Below, one piece after another: positions 9,606-19,434 of a DNA stretch of 64,000 nt. The DNA is from an uncultured Devosia sp. (lineage in GTDB: Bacteria > Pseudomonadota > Alphaproteobacteria > Rhizobiales > Devosiaceae), in assembly GCA_964487765.1 (NCBI GenBank), contig CAZASR010000001.1, positions 32,320 through 96,319 of the forward strand, written 5' to 3'. Below the pieces are notes generated by a model. It saw only the letters and a list, made by a program, of their open reading frames with translations. It was not told the origin of the DNA and ran no database searches. How positions within the stretch are numbered: the first letter of the stretch is position 1; each line of letters begins with the position of its first letter. The position numbers and the translations under genes were made by a program.

Positions 9606-10439
9606 TTATCCCTTGACCGCCCCGGCCGTGAGGCCTTGCACGAAGTGACGCTGGAAGATGAGGAACACCACGATCACCGGCAAGATCGCGATGATCGAGG
9701 CCGCAAAGACCAGCCCCCATTGCGTGCCGCGCGGCCCCTGCAGCAGCGCGATCGCGATGGGCAGCGTCTTGTTCTGGGGGCTTGTGATGCTGGTGAGAGC
9801 CCAGGCGTATTCGTCCCACGTGGCAAGGAAGGTGAAGATTGTCGCCGTGGCGATCGCCGGTCGCGCCAACGGTAGTGCGAGGCCCGTGAAGCGGCGCCAG
9901 TCGCTCGCGCCGTCGATCTGCATGGCATCGTCGAGTTCCTGCGGCAGTGCTTCGAAGAAGCCGCGCAGCAGAAACGTGTTGAGGGCCAGGGTGCCCGCTA
10001 CATAGTATACGATGAGCCCCCACAGCGTATCGATGAGCCCAAGCCATTTGGCGAGCACGAATTGCGGCACGATCAGCATCAGCGCGGGAATCATCAGCCC
10101 CAGGAGCAGGATACGGAACAGCCACTCGCGGCCACGAAAGCGATATCGCGCAAAGCCATAGGCCATCATGGCGCTGAGCAGCACCGAGAGCGCCGTCGCT
10201 GTCACCGCCACCGTCAGCGAGTTGAGGAAATACTGCCCGAAATCGCCGCGCACGAGCACGCGCTCATAGTTCGACAGCGTCGCCGGGTCGGGAACGAATT
10301 GGGGCGGAATCTTCAGCACATATTGCTGCGCCTTGAAGCTGGTCGAGACCATGTAGAGAAACGGCGTCACCATCACCAGCGCGCCGACGGCAAGCGTTGT
10401 GAGACGCAGCGCCTCCGCAGGAGAAGGGTGCCGGCTCAT
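9606..10439 (-). CDS. Carbohydrate ABC transporter permease (MalG-like)
   Basis: Six TM segments, EAA loop ELDDAMQIDGAS, C-terminal GAVKG. Confidence 0.92.
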   Translation of the reverse strand: MSRHPSPAEALRLTTLAVGALVMVTPFLYMVSTSFKAQQYVLKIPPQFVPDPATLSNYERVLVRGDFGQYFLNSLTVAVTATALSVLLSAMMAYGFARYRFRGREWLFRILLLGLMIPALMLIVPQFVLAKWLGLIDTLWGLIVYYVAGTLALNTFLLRGFFEALPQELDDAMQIDGASDWRRFTGLALPLARPAIATATIFTFLATWDEYAWALTSITSPQNKTLPIAIALLQGPRGTQWGLVFAASIIAILPVIVVFLIFQRHFVQGLTAGAVKG

Positions 10440-11392
10440 TGCACTGCCTCATTGCGGAAGAAGCGGAGCTGGATCGCCGACAGCGCAAAGACCAGCGTGG
10501 TCAGCAACACCGCAATGGTCGAGCCATAGCCGAAATCGAGAAAGGCGAACGTGGTCCGGTACATGTAGGTGAGCACCACATCGGTTGAGCCGCCGGGCGC
10601 GCCGTCGGTCATTGCCTGCACCGAGACGAACACATTGAGCCCGCCGATCACCAACATGATCGTGACGAAGGCCATCGTCGGCCAGATCGCGGGGACCGTG
10701 ACGCTGAGGAAGCGTCGCCACGCTCCGGCGCCATCGATCTTTGCGGCCTCGATCAGCGCAGTGGGGACGCCCTGCAGGGCGGCGATGAAGATCATCATCG
10801 ACCAGCCGATGCCCTTCCACACGCCCAGAGCGCAGATCGCGACCATTGCCGTGGCGCGCTCGGACAGCCATGAGACCTGCAGCCCGAGCAGATAATTGAT
10901 CAGGCCGCGATCGGCGAACAGGTATTTGAACAGCAAGGTGACCACGACCCAGCTCGTCACCACCGGCAGATAGTAGAGCACGCGGAAGAGCGGCTGCGCG
11001 GGGCTCGATTTTTGCAGCAGCAGCGCAACGCCGAGGCCAAGCGCGATCTGCGGCGGGACGGTGAACAGCATGTAGATGCCGCTGTTCGAGAGGCTGAGCC
11101 ACAGATGTTCGTCGGAAACGGCCCGGACATAGTTGGTGGCTCCGATGAAGGTACTCACCGCCCCGGCCACGACTTTGTAGTCGTAGACGCTCATCAGAAC
11201 GGCCTGCGCCATGGGATAGAGCACGAGGACCGCATAGATGAGAAACCCCGGCGCGATGAACAGCGCCGGAGCCAAATAGGACCGCCAAGCCATTGTGCCC
11301 GAGTGCATTCCCGCTCCCGCCCCGTGCGACGCCCCGGAGGAGGAGCGCCGCGCGAGTGTGGGGGAGGATTGCCCGCGGACCAAGTCCGTCAT
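10436..11392 (-). CDS. Carbohydrate ABC transporter permease (MalF-like)
   Basis: FIGATNY and EAAKIDGAG; start uncertain (a downstream ATG is possible). Confidence 0.9.
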   Translation of the reverse strand: MTDLVRGQSSPTLARRSSSGASHGAGAGMHSGTMAWRSYLAPALFIAPGFLIYAVLVLYPMAQAVLMSVYDYKVVAGAVSTFIGATNYVRAVSDEHLWLSLSNSGIYMLFTVPPQIALGLGVALLLQKSSPAQPLFRVLYYLPVVTSWVVVTLLFKYLFADRGLINYLLGLQVSWLSERATAMVAICALGVWKGIGWSMMIFIAALQGVPTALIEAAKIDGAGAWRRFLSVTVPAIWPTMAFVTIMLVIGGLNVFVSVQAMTDGAPGGSTDVVLTYMYRTTFAFLDFGYGSTIAVLLTTLVFALSAIQLRFFRNEAVQ

Positions 11393-12654
11393 GAATGCTC
11401 TTCAGCCAGAAGCCCGTCGATCTGCGCGGCAGCCTTGCTGAGCGCTTCCTGCACCGAAACCTCGCCCTTGAAGGCGGCCGTGAGCTCGGTGTTGAGGATG
11501 CCATCCACCTTGCTCGCCGACGAGATGGCGAGGCGGTTCTTGGCGGTTTTGAGCTGCTCGGCAAATGTCGCATAGAACGGCGCGATGGCGCTCTGCTGCT
11601 CCGCATAGGCCGGGATCACGGTCATCTGGCCGGTCTTGGCCATTTCGACCTGGAACTGCTCGGACTGGGTGAAGCGCACGAACTCGAGCGCCGCCTCCTG
11701 GTTGGGCGACGACGCGGTCACGACGATGTCTTCACCGCCCACCACGCTCACCGAGCCGCCAGGGCCTGCGGGGATCGGCGCGTAGATCGGCGTGAAGTCC
11801 GGATACTGGTCTTTCCAGATCCCCGCCATCCACGGTCCGTCAAAAATATTGGCATATTCCTCAGACGGCAATCCGTCCGAGGTACCGGTCGCGCCCTGAT
11901 TGCCGATGATGAGGTTTGGAATGTGGCCGGCATTGTAGAGGTCGACCAGCATTTGAATGGTCGCGACGTTCTGCTCGGAGTCGAGATAGCCGGTGGCCCT
12001 GGTGAGTTCCGGATCGGTGATGTCGCCGCCACCCGACCAGATCCAGGGCATGATATTCCACGCGCCGAGCCCGCCGTCGGCGAACACGGACATGCCGGCA
12101 TCCTTGAGCTTGGCTGCCGAAGCCTTGAGCTCGTCGAACGTCGCCGGCGGCGCGCTCAGCCCGGCCGCGTCGAGCGCCGCCTGGCTGGTGACCAGCACGC
12201 GCGTATTGGTATCGAGCGGCAGTCCGTAATACTTGCCCTGATAGAGGTTGGTCGCAAGCACGCCCGGATAGGTCCTGCCGGCGAGTTCGTCGAAATCAGT
12301 CATCGCGTCGGAAAGGGGTACCAGGACGCCGAGCTTGGCGAATTGCGGCACCCAGCCCAGATCGGCGCGCACCAGATCGGGCAGCTCGCCGCCCGCGGCC
12401 GAGGTCGTCAGCTTCTGCAGCAGCGAGTCGTAGGGCACATCGACATACTGCACCTTGATGCCGGGATGCGCGGCTTCGAAGGCGGGGATCAACGTGTTGT
12501 TGAGCGCATCCTGCTGGGTGGAGTTGCCGCCATTGCCGTACGAACCCCAGAACGTGATGGTCACATCCTGCGCAAGAGCCGGGAGAGCGAGCATGACGGC
12601 CGCACCGGCAACCATCGAGAGCAACGCGCTGCGGCGCGTCGTGGCGAATTTCAT
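11389..12654 (-). CDS. Carbohydrate ABC transporter substrate-binding protein
   Basis: Signal peptide (TTRR...ALAQ), FEAAHPGIKV, PDLV and YYGLP motifs of SBP family 1. Confidence 0.92.
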   Translation of the reverse strand: MKFATTRRSALLSMVAGAAVMLALPALAQDVTITFWGSYGNGGNSTQQDALNNTLIPAFEAAHPGIKVQYVDVPYDSLLQKLTTSAAGGELPDLVRADLGWVPQFAKLGVLVPLSDAMTDFDELAGRTYPGVLATNLYQGKYYGLPLDTNTRVLVTSQAALDAAGLSAPPATFDELKASAAKLKDAGMSVFADGGLGAWNIMPWIWSGGGDITDPELTRATGYLDSEQNVATIQMLVDLYNAGHIPNLIIGNQGATGTSDGLPSEEYANIFDGPWMAGIWKDQYPDFTPIYAPIPAGPGGSVSVVGGEDIVVTASSPNQEAALEFVRFTQSEQFQVEMAKTGQMTVIPAYAEQQSAIAPFYATFAEQLKTAKNRLAISSASKVDGILNTELTAAFKGEVSVQEALSKAAAQIDGLLAEEHS

Positions 12655-12697
12655 CGTGGGGTCCTCCTCCTGAGCCGGGCCACTGGCCGGGCCCGTC

Positions 12698-12725
12698 CTA
12701 ATTGTTTTATGACGGAACTAATTAG
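12698..12725. promoter_or_regulatory. AT-rich imperfect palindrome, candidate ROK operator
   Basis: CTAATTGTT...AACTAATTAG in the SBP/ROK divergent region. Confidence 0.4.
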
Positions 12726-12828
12726 GGTGTCAATCGCCTCGCAGAGTGGCATGACTTGGCACATTAAGTTTCTTGGCAAAATTAACTCGATAGACTAATG
12801 CGCTCATTGAGGAGGGCCAAGCCGACGC

Positions 12829-13986
12829 ATGAGAATTACCACGCCACGCTGGACACCTGGCACCGGGGCTACCCGGGCCGTCGCGCTCGAGGTGCTGATC
12901 CACGGCCCCCTGTCGCGCAGCGAAGTGGCGCGGCGTCTTGACCTGTCCTCGGCCTCGCTCACGCGCCTCGCCAATCCGCTGCTCGACAGCGGCCTTCTCG
13001 TCGAAGCCGGCGAACAGGCCGACGGCCGCGTCGGCCGGCCGCAGCAATTGCTCGATATCGTGCCCGAATCGCGCCGCTTCATCGGCATGAAGCTGATGGT
13101 GGACGAAGTTCAGGGCGCAACGACGGACCTGCGCGCCAACGTGACGGCGACCGAGTCGCGGCCGCTCACCGCCACCGACCCACAGAGTGTCGTTGCAACG
13201 ATTGCCGAGCTGGCGAAATCACTGGCCCGCGGTACGCCCGACATCACCGCGATCGGCATCGGCGCAGGCGCCCTGGTCGCGGCGCATGGCGTGGTCCGCA
13301 GTGCGCCCTTTCTCAAATGGAGCGATGTTTCACTTGGACAGATGGTGGAGGCTGCGACCGGCATCCCCACCATCATCGAGAACGACCTCATCGCCTTCAC
13401 CGAATATGAGCACTGGTTTGGCGCTGGCCGCGGCCTCGATCGCTTTGCCGTGGTGACGCTGGGCGCCGGCATCGGCTACGGCCTCGTCATCCACGACGAA
13501 ATCGTGCGCAATGACGACTATGGCATCGGCCTCATCGGCCACTGGCCGCTCGACCCGTTCGGGCCCGTCTGCGCGGAGGGCCACCGCGGTTGCGCCAAGG
13601 CCATTCTCACTGACGCCGCCATCAGCCAGTCGGTGTCGCAGGCGCTGGGCCGTCCGCTCGGCTACAAGGCCGCATTGAATCTCGCGGCCTCCGGCGAGCC
13701 CGCCGCGCGCCGCATCGTCGACGATGCCGGGCGTGGCCTCGGCCGCCTGCTGGCCGCGATCGCCAATCTCACCATGCCCGAAACCGTGGTGATCGGGGGC
13801 GAAGGCGCTCGCCTCGCTTCCGTTGCCTCGGAAGCGGTCGAGGCGGGCCTGCGCGCCGATCGCGACCCACGCACCGCGCCGCTGCCGCTCACCATCCGTT
13901 CCGGCGACAACGTCGAATGGTGCCGCGGCGCAGCCGTTGTGGCAATCCAGACGTTCGTGCTGGGACACCGCAGCGACGAGCCCTGA
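12829..13986 (+). CDS. ROK family transcriptional regulator
   Basis: HGPLSRSEVARRLDLS HTH, GRP, IEND, GAGIG and GHW...C...GC zinc motif. Confidence 0.9.
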   Translation: MRITTPRWTPGTGATRAVALEVLIHGPLSRSEVARRLDLSSASLTRLANPLLDSGLLVEAGEQADGRVGRPQQLLDIVPESRRFIGMKLMVDEVQGATTDLRANVTATESRPLTATDPQSVVATIAELAKSLARGTPDITAIGIGAGALVAAHGVVRSAPFLKWSDVSLGQMVEAATGIPTIIENDLIAFTEYEHWFGAGRGLDRFAVVTLGAGIGYGLVIHDEIVRNDDYGIGLIGHWPLDPFGPVCAEGHRGCAKAILTDAAISQSVSQALGRPLGYKAALNLAASGEPAARRIVDDAGRGLGRLLAAIANLTMPETVVIGGEGARLASVASEAVEAGLRADRDPRTAPLPLTIRSGDNVEWCRGAAVVAIQTFVLGHRSDEP

Positions 13987-13996
13987 TCGAGACAGT

Positions 13997-15697
13997 ATGA
14001 CCGACAAGCCCCGCCACTGGTGGCAGACCGCCACCGTTTACCAGATCTACCCGCGTAGTTTCGCCGACGCCAATGGCGACGGCATCGGCGACATTCCCGG
14101 CATCATCGGCAAGCTCGACTATCTGCGGGATCTGGGCATCGGCGTCATCTGGCTCTCGCCCATCTGCGCTTCGCCGATGCGCGACAATGGCTACGACATT
14201 TCGGACTACCATGCGATCGCGCCCGAGTTTGGCACGCTCGACGATTTCGACCGACTCGTCGCCGAGGCGAAGGCGCGCGGCATCGGCATCCTGCTCGATC
14301 TCGTGGTGAACCACACCTCCGACCGGCACCGCTGGTTCCTTGATGCGCGCCGCTCTCGCGCGAGCCGCTATCGCAACTACTATGTCTGGCGCGATCCGGC
14401 GCCCGATGGTGGCCCGCCCAACGACCTCGCCTCGACCTTCGGTGGCCCGGCCTGGACGCTCGATCCCGTGACCGGCCAGTACTGGTTCCACCAGTTCGCT
14501 CCCGAGCAGCCGGACCTCAACTGGGCCAACCCCGAGCTGCGCACCGAAATCTACCGCATGATGAACTGGTGGCTCGACCGCGGCATCGCCGGCTTCCGCA
14601 TGGACGTGATCAACCTCATCGCCAAGGAGCCCAACAACGGCATTACCGCCGACGGCCCCAAGCTGCACGACTATTTGCAGGAGATGCACCGCGAGACGCT
14701 TGCCGGCCGCGACGTGCTGACGGTCGGTGAGAGCTGGAGCGCAACGCCCGAGACCGGCCTGCTCTATTCCGGCCGCGACCGCAACGAGCTCTCGATGGTC
14801 TTCCAGTTCGAGCACGTGGTGCAGCAGTGGCACGAAACCTGGGGCAAATGGGCGCCCAAGCCCTTCAACCTCGTCGCGCTCAAACGCACCATCTCGCGGT
14901 GGCAGAGCGCGCTCGCCGACGATGGCTGGAACTCGCTGTTCTGGGGCAATCACGACCTGCCGCGCGCCGTCTCCAAATATGGCGACGACGCCGGCTATCG
15001 CGCGGAATCCGCCAAGATGCTGGCGACGGTGCTGCATTTGCTCAAAGGCACGCCCTATGTCTATCAGGGCGAGGAGATCGGCATGACCAATGTGCCGTTC
15101 ACATCCATTGGCCAATACCGCGACATCGAAACCCTCAACATGCACCGCCTGCATCTGGAGGCGGGCCTGCCCGAAGTCGACTTCATCCGCGGCGCAAACG
15201 CCAATGCGCGCGACAACTCGCGCACGCCGATGCAGTGGAACGCCAGTCCACATGCCGGGTTTACAGTTGGCACGCCGTGGATCGAGGCGAACCCGAACTA
15301 TGTGCACATCAACGTGGCGGCGGAGCAGGCCAATCCCCACTCGATCCTGGCGCACTATCGCCGCCTGATCGCGTTACGCAAAGATTTGCCGATAATCGTT
15401 GAGGGGCGTTACCGCTCCTGGCTCGACGACCACCCGTACGTCATGGCTTACACACGCAGCCTGGGGGACCAATGCCTCCTGGTGCTCGCCAACTTTACGG
15501 CGCGGTCCGTGACGATAGAAATACCCGAACCCCTGCGCGGCACCTGGATCACTCTCGTCGGGGCGGCAGAGGCGGCAGTCGATATACACCCGACGCAATC
15601 ATTGGCACCCTTCGAAGCTGGTGCTTGGATCCGAACATCGGACGGGAACCCTTCCCACGCGTACCAGGCAGCGGGCAGCCATCAGGGGTGGCCCTAG
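13997..15697 (+). CDS. GH13 alpha-glucosidase / oligo-1,6-glucosidase
   Basis: YQIYPRSF, DLVVNH, QPDLN, GFRMDV, GE, NHD and RDNSRTPMQW. Confidence 0.92.
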   Translation: MTDKPRHWWQTATVYQIYPRSFADANGDGIGDIPGIIGKLDYLRDLGIGVIWLSPICASPMRDNGYDISDYHAIAPEFGTLDDFDRLVAEAKARGIGILLDLVVNHTSDRHRWFLDARRSRASRYRNYYVWRDPAPDGGPPNDLASTFGGPAWTLDPVTGQYWFHQFAPEQPDLNWANPELRTEIYRMMNWWLDRGIAGFRMDVINLIAKEPNNGITADGPKLHDYLQEMHRETLAGRDVLTVGESWSATPETGLLYSGRDRNELSMVFQFEHVVQQWHETWGKWAPKPFNLVALKRTISRWQSALADDGWNSLFWGNHDLPRAVSKYGDDAGYRAESAKMLATVLHLLKGTPYVYQGEEIGMTNVPFTSIGQYRDIETLNMHRLHLEAGLPEVDFIRGANANARDNSRTPMQWNASPHAGFTVGTPWIEANPNYVHINVAAEQANPHSILAHYRRLIALRKDLPIIVEGRYRSWLDDHPYVMAYTRSLGDQCLLVLANFTARSVTIEIPEPLRGTWITLVGAAEAAVDIHPTQSLAPFEAGAWIRTSDGNPSHAYQAAGSHQGWP

Positions 15698-15844
15698 CCT
15701 CATCTCCTGATCAAGCTAGTGAATCGGGGTGGCGCATGCGGCGGCTCGGTCGAGATTTCTCCAGTTTCACTGGTGGCCGATCATAGCCCTCTTATGCCGC
15801 CCGCACGCCGTTCGTTGGCCCGGAGGCGCACTGCCGCGACCACG

Positions 15845-15929
15845 CTGCTCGACTGTCGCCTCAGCAAACATTGTTGCAGTCGCCGCCCGGGCACTCAGGG
15901 CCGTTGCCGGCAAGTCTGGGTAATCCCGC
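15845..15929 (+). repeat. Degenerate copy of the DUF3489 upstream leader (other copy at ~37485-37572)
   Basis: ctgctcgactgtc...gcccgggcactcagggc...gggtaatcccgc aligns with ctgctggactgtc...gcccggccactccgggc...gggcaatcccgc. Confidence 0.65.
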
Positions 15930-15972
15930 TCTGACCGATCAACAAACGCCGTGTGCAGCGCTCGCGTTTCGA

Positions 15973-17145
15973 CTATTCGAAAACCTGTGTGGTGACGGTC
16001 CGGGATCGGATGAAATCCCAATTGAGGGTGACGCCGAGCCCAGGCCCGTCGGGGACGGGATAGCAGCCGTCGGCACCGACATCCTCAAGCTGGTCGGAGT
16101 AGTTTTCAAACACTGGTGGCACGGGATTGGCCGCTCCCGGCGCGACGATGGCGAGTTCGTAGAAATTGGTGTTGCGGATGGCACCAATGCAGTGCCGATG
16201 CGCCGGGCCCACAGCGTGCAGTTCAACATCGAGGCCGAAAGATTCGGCGAGATGGGCGATCTTCATGGTGCCGGTGATGCCCAGATCCAGCTCCGGGTCC
16301 GCCCGCACAAAATCGGTCGACTCGGAGGCGATCCAATCGGCCTTCGGCTCGAGACCACGCACATGCTCGGTCAGCAGCAACGGGGTGCGCAGCAACTGGC
16401 GCAACTTGCGATAGACGTGCTGCGAAACCCCGCCATCCATCAGCGGATCCTCGTACCAGAAATAGTCGGCATCATCGCAGGCGCGACCGAGATAGAGGGC
16501 GTCGGCGAAGGTCTGTATTTCGCAGGACGGGTCCAGCATCAGCTTCATGCGATCGCCGATGCGATGGCGCAGGTAGCGCACATTCTCGGCCTCGCGCCGC
16601 ACGTCGCCGCCGGCCCAGCCGTGAATCTTGTAAGCGCGGAAGCCGAGGTCGTAACTTGCCTCGGCGAAGTCGGCATAGTGCTCCTTTGTGGAGAACGCGC
16701 CCTCTTCAGCCCCCACCTGAGTACTCACATACGCCGGAAGGCGCTGGCGGAAGCCGCCCAGCAGCGTGCTGACTGAGGTGTCGAGCGAGCGTCCGGCAAG
16801 GTCCCACAGGGCGATGTCGAGGGGACCGGCACCCAGAAATCCCCATTGCCGGGTGAAGCGCTTCATCTCATTGTAGATCGCTTCGCGTTGGCTCGGGTCG
16901 CGACCGATGAGCAGCGGCGCGGTCATCAGCACCTGGCCGAGAATGGCGCGCTTGCCGCCGAAGCTGCAGGCATACTCGCCGATGGCGCCGCCGGCGGTGC
17001 GAATCACGACAACGAAATTTGAAAGTGTGCTGCGGGCACCGAGTTTCAGGTGGCGGTGCAGCCCCTGGCCCAGCTGCAGATCGTCCACGTCATAGGTGTA
17101 TTCGTGGACTTCGATACGCTGAATGCTGTCCATGGGGCTGGCCAA
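15973..17145 (-). CDS. Mandelate racemase/muconate lactonizing enzyme family (enolase superfamily)
   Basis: LDIALWDLAG, YKIH, LMLD, WYEDP and VELH; alternative ATG at 17133. Confidence 0.88.
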   Translation of the reverse strand: MASPMDSIQRIEVHEYTYDVDDLQLGQGLHRHLKLGARSTLSNFVVVIRTAGGAIGEYACSFGGKRAILGQVLMTAPLLIGRDPSQREAIYNEMKRFTRQWGFLGAGPLDIALWDLAGRSLDTSVSTLLGGFRQRLPAYVSTQVGAEEGAFSTKEHYADFAEASYDLGFRAYKIHGWAGGDVRREAENVRYLRHRIGDRMKLMLDPSCEIQTFADALYLGRACDDADYFWYEDPLMDGGVSQHVYRKLRQLLRTPLLLTEHVRGLEPKADWIASESTDFVRADPELDLGITGTMKIAHLAESFGLDVELHAVGPAHRHCIGAIRNTNFYELAIVAPGAANPVPPVFENYSDQLEDVGADGCYPVPDGPGLGVTLNWDFIRSRTVTTQVFE

Positions 17146-17217
17146 AAACAGCCGACCGATCCGGGATCGGCGGTGAGGACGGGAGCGGGGTGGCTTGCAC
17201 CACCCCGCGGAAGGGCG

Positions 17218-18498
17218 TCAGTTCAGCGGGATCTCGACTTCGAGACGCTCCTGCAGATCGGCAAGAATGTCAGCCGTGCTGCGGTCGGTGGCGAACATCT
17301 CGACGACAGCATCGGCAACCAGCTTGGTCCACAGGCCATAGTTCTCCATGACCTTCTGGTTCTCCGGTAGCACCGAGACGGCGCGCGACTTGCCGTCAAG
17401 CATGATCGCGACCTGCTCGGGGAACTTGTTGGTCAGAGCTTCGGTGGTCGCGCCCTCGCGCGGCGGCGGCACCGAGAGGGCCTCGCCATACTTCTGCTGG
17501 AAGTCGGCACGGGCGGCAGTGGCGATGAAATCGCAGACCAGGGCGCGCTTCTGCGGGCTGATATTGGCAGGGATATGAAGGCTGTTGCTCACCGAGCCAG
17601 GCTGCACTTCGAACGGGGCGAGGGCAAAGCCGACATGATCCTTGACGGCGGGATCGGCTTCATCGAGCGCCTGTTGCCAGAAGTAGTTGCCATCGAGAAG
17701 CATGGCAGCGCTGCCGTTGAAGAAGAATTCATTGCGCTCCATTTCGCCGGCACCCTGCGGGGCGTTGGCATGCACCTTGCGGAAGGCGTCGAGCGTCGCG
17801 ACCACCTCGGGGTCAGTGAGGTTGTAGTTGTCGCCGTCGGTCCAGGAAAGTCCCTGCCCGGTGACGAACATCGAGGCCTGCAGGAACGCATCGGCGTCGG
17901 CCTTGGTCACACCGGCAAAGCCGACATAGTCCTCGCCCATGGCGTCAATCTTCTCGACAGCGGTGACCAGCTCATCCATCGAGGTAGGGACGTCCACTCC
18001 CGCCGCCTCGAAGATCTGCTTGTTGTAGAACAGGTGGTACGCATACGAGTTGAGCAGCAGGCCCTGGGTTTGGCCATTCCAGCTCATGTAGGACTGCAGG
18101 CCGCCGAACTGCGAGAGCGTGTCGTCGGTGAAGCAGCTCTCGATCTCGCCAAACCAGCCCTGGGCGGCGAAGCCCACGAAACTGCGGCTGATCATGTGCA
18201 CGATGTCGGGTGGCGTGCCCGCGGCAAAGCGCGTCGCCAACAGGTCCGAGTGGCGGCTACCTGGCGAGTTGGTGAAGTTCACCTTGACGCCCGGATTGCG
18301 AGACTCGAAGTCGTCGATCACCGCGCGCCACCAGGCCGAGGTTGACGCCTCGTCTGCCTGGAATGAAGGGAATTCGAGCACAATGTCCTGCGCCTGTGCC
18401 GGCGCAGCAAGCAGCAAGGCCGAGGCGAGGATGGCCGCACCGCTCGCGGTGCCGAGCCCGCCGAAGCGGGCCACCTTCTTGGTCGTTGATTTGCGCAT
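17218..18498 (-). CDS. Sugar ABC transporter substrate-binding protein
   Basis: Signal peptide ending AQAQ, FESRNPGVKV, PPDIV and FYNKQIF. Confidence 0.88.
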   Translation of the reverse strand: MRKSTTKKVARFGGLGTASGAAILASALLLAAPAQAQDIVLEFPSFQADEASTSAWWRAVIDDFESRNPGVKVNFTNSPGSRHSDLLATRFAAGTPPDIVHMISRSFVGFAAQGWFGEIESCFTDDTLSQFGGLQSYMSWNGQTQGLLLNSYAYHLFYNKQIFEAAGVDVPTSMDELVTAVEKIDAMGEDYVGFAGVTKADADAFLQASMFVTGQGLSWTDGDNYNLTDPEVVATLDAFRKVHANAPQGAGEMERNEFFFNGSAAMLLDGNYFWQQALDEADPAVKDHVGFALAPFEVQPGSVSNSLHIPANISPQKRALVCDFIATAARADFQQKYGEALSVPPPREGATTEALTNKFPEQVAIMLDGKSRAVSVLPENQKVMENYGLWTKLVADAVVEMFATDRSTADILADLQERLEVEIPLN

Positions 18499-18597
18499 AG
18501 ATACCTCCCTGGGGCGTCAACGCGGGACGAGCTTGTCCCGTGGTGCGTAAGCCTCGCTTCGACGGGCTGACAGAACAATGAGCGAATCCCACATCGC

Positions 18598-19434
18598 TTA
18601 CTCCTTCACCGCACCTCCGGTGAGCCCCTCGACCAGCAGTTGCTGAAGCAGAAGGAAGATCACAACGAGCGGAATTGTCGCCACCAGGCCAGTGGCCATC
18701 AAGCCCTGCCAGTCGGCGGTGTACTCACCGATGAAGGTTACGACACCGATGGTGAGGGTCCAGGCGCCGTCGGAGAGCAGCAGGGTGGAAGCGTAAAGGA
18801 AGTCGGCCCACGCCCAAATCGAAGTGAAGGCCAGAACCGCACCGATTGCCGGCCCCGATACGGGCAGCACGACGAGAAGGAAGGTCTGGATCCGGCTCGC
18901 GCCATCAATGGCCGCCGCCTCCTCGAGATCATAGGGCACGGAGTCGAAGTACGTCTTCATCATCCAGGCCGAAAAGGGCGATGTTGTCGACGCCACTGCG
19001 AAGCCCACCGCCAGTGGATTGCTTATTAGCCCCAACGCCGAGAAGGCCTGAAAGATCGGAATGATGATGAGCGTCGACGGCAACACCAACGACATCAGCA
19101 ACAGATATCCGACCACATCGCGCAGCTTGCCGCGCGCACGCGATATGGCATAGCCCGCCGGGAGCGAGACGATGAGTGTGACGACGATCGCCACCACCGT
19201 CACAATCACCGAATTGGTGAGCCAGGTGAGCACTGGTCGCTCGGTGAAGATTCGCACAAACGCGCTGAAGTCGAGCGTCTCGAGCGAAGGCACCAGCCGC
19301 GGGTTGCGGTTCAACACCTGGCGGGTGGGAGAGACGATGGTGACGAACAGCCAGTAGATCGGCGTCAGCAGGGCAGCGGCCATCACCCACGCGGCCACCG
19401 GGCGGTAGGACGGGAGAAAGCGGAGGGCGTTCAT
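18598..19434 (-). CDS. Carbohydrate ABC transporter permease
   Basis: EEAAAIDGAS and C-terminal GAVKE. Confidence 0.9.
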   Translation of the reverse strand: MNALRFLPSYRPVAAWVMAAALLTPIYWLFVTIVSPTRQVLNRNPRLVPSLETLDFSAFVRIFTERPVLTWLTNSVIVTVVAIVVTLIVSLPAGYAISRARGKLRDVVGYLLLMSLVLPSTLIIIPIFQAFSALGLISNPLAVGFAVASTTSPFSAWMMKTYFDSVPYDLEEAAAIDGASRIQTFLLVVLPVSGPAIGAVLAFTSIWAWADFLYASTLLLSDGAWTLTIGVVTFIGEYTADWQGLMATGLVATIPLVVIFLLLQQLLVEGLTGGAVKE

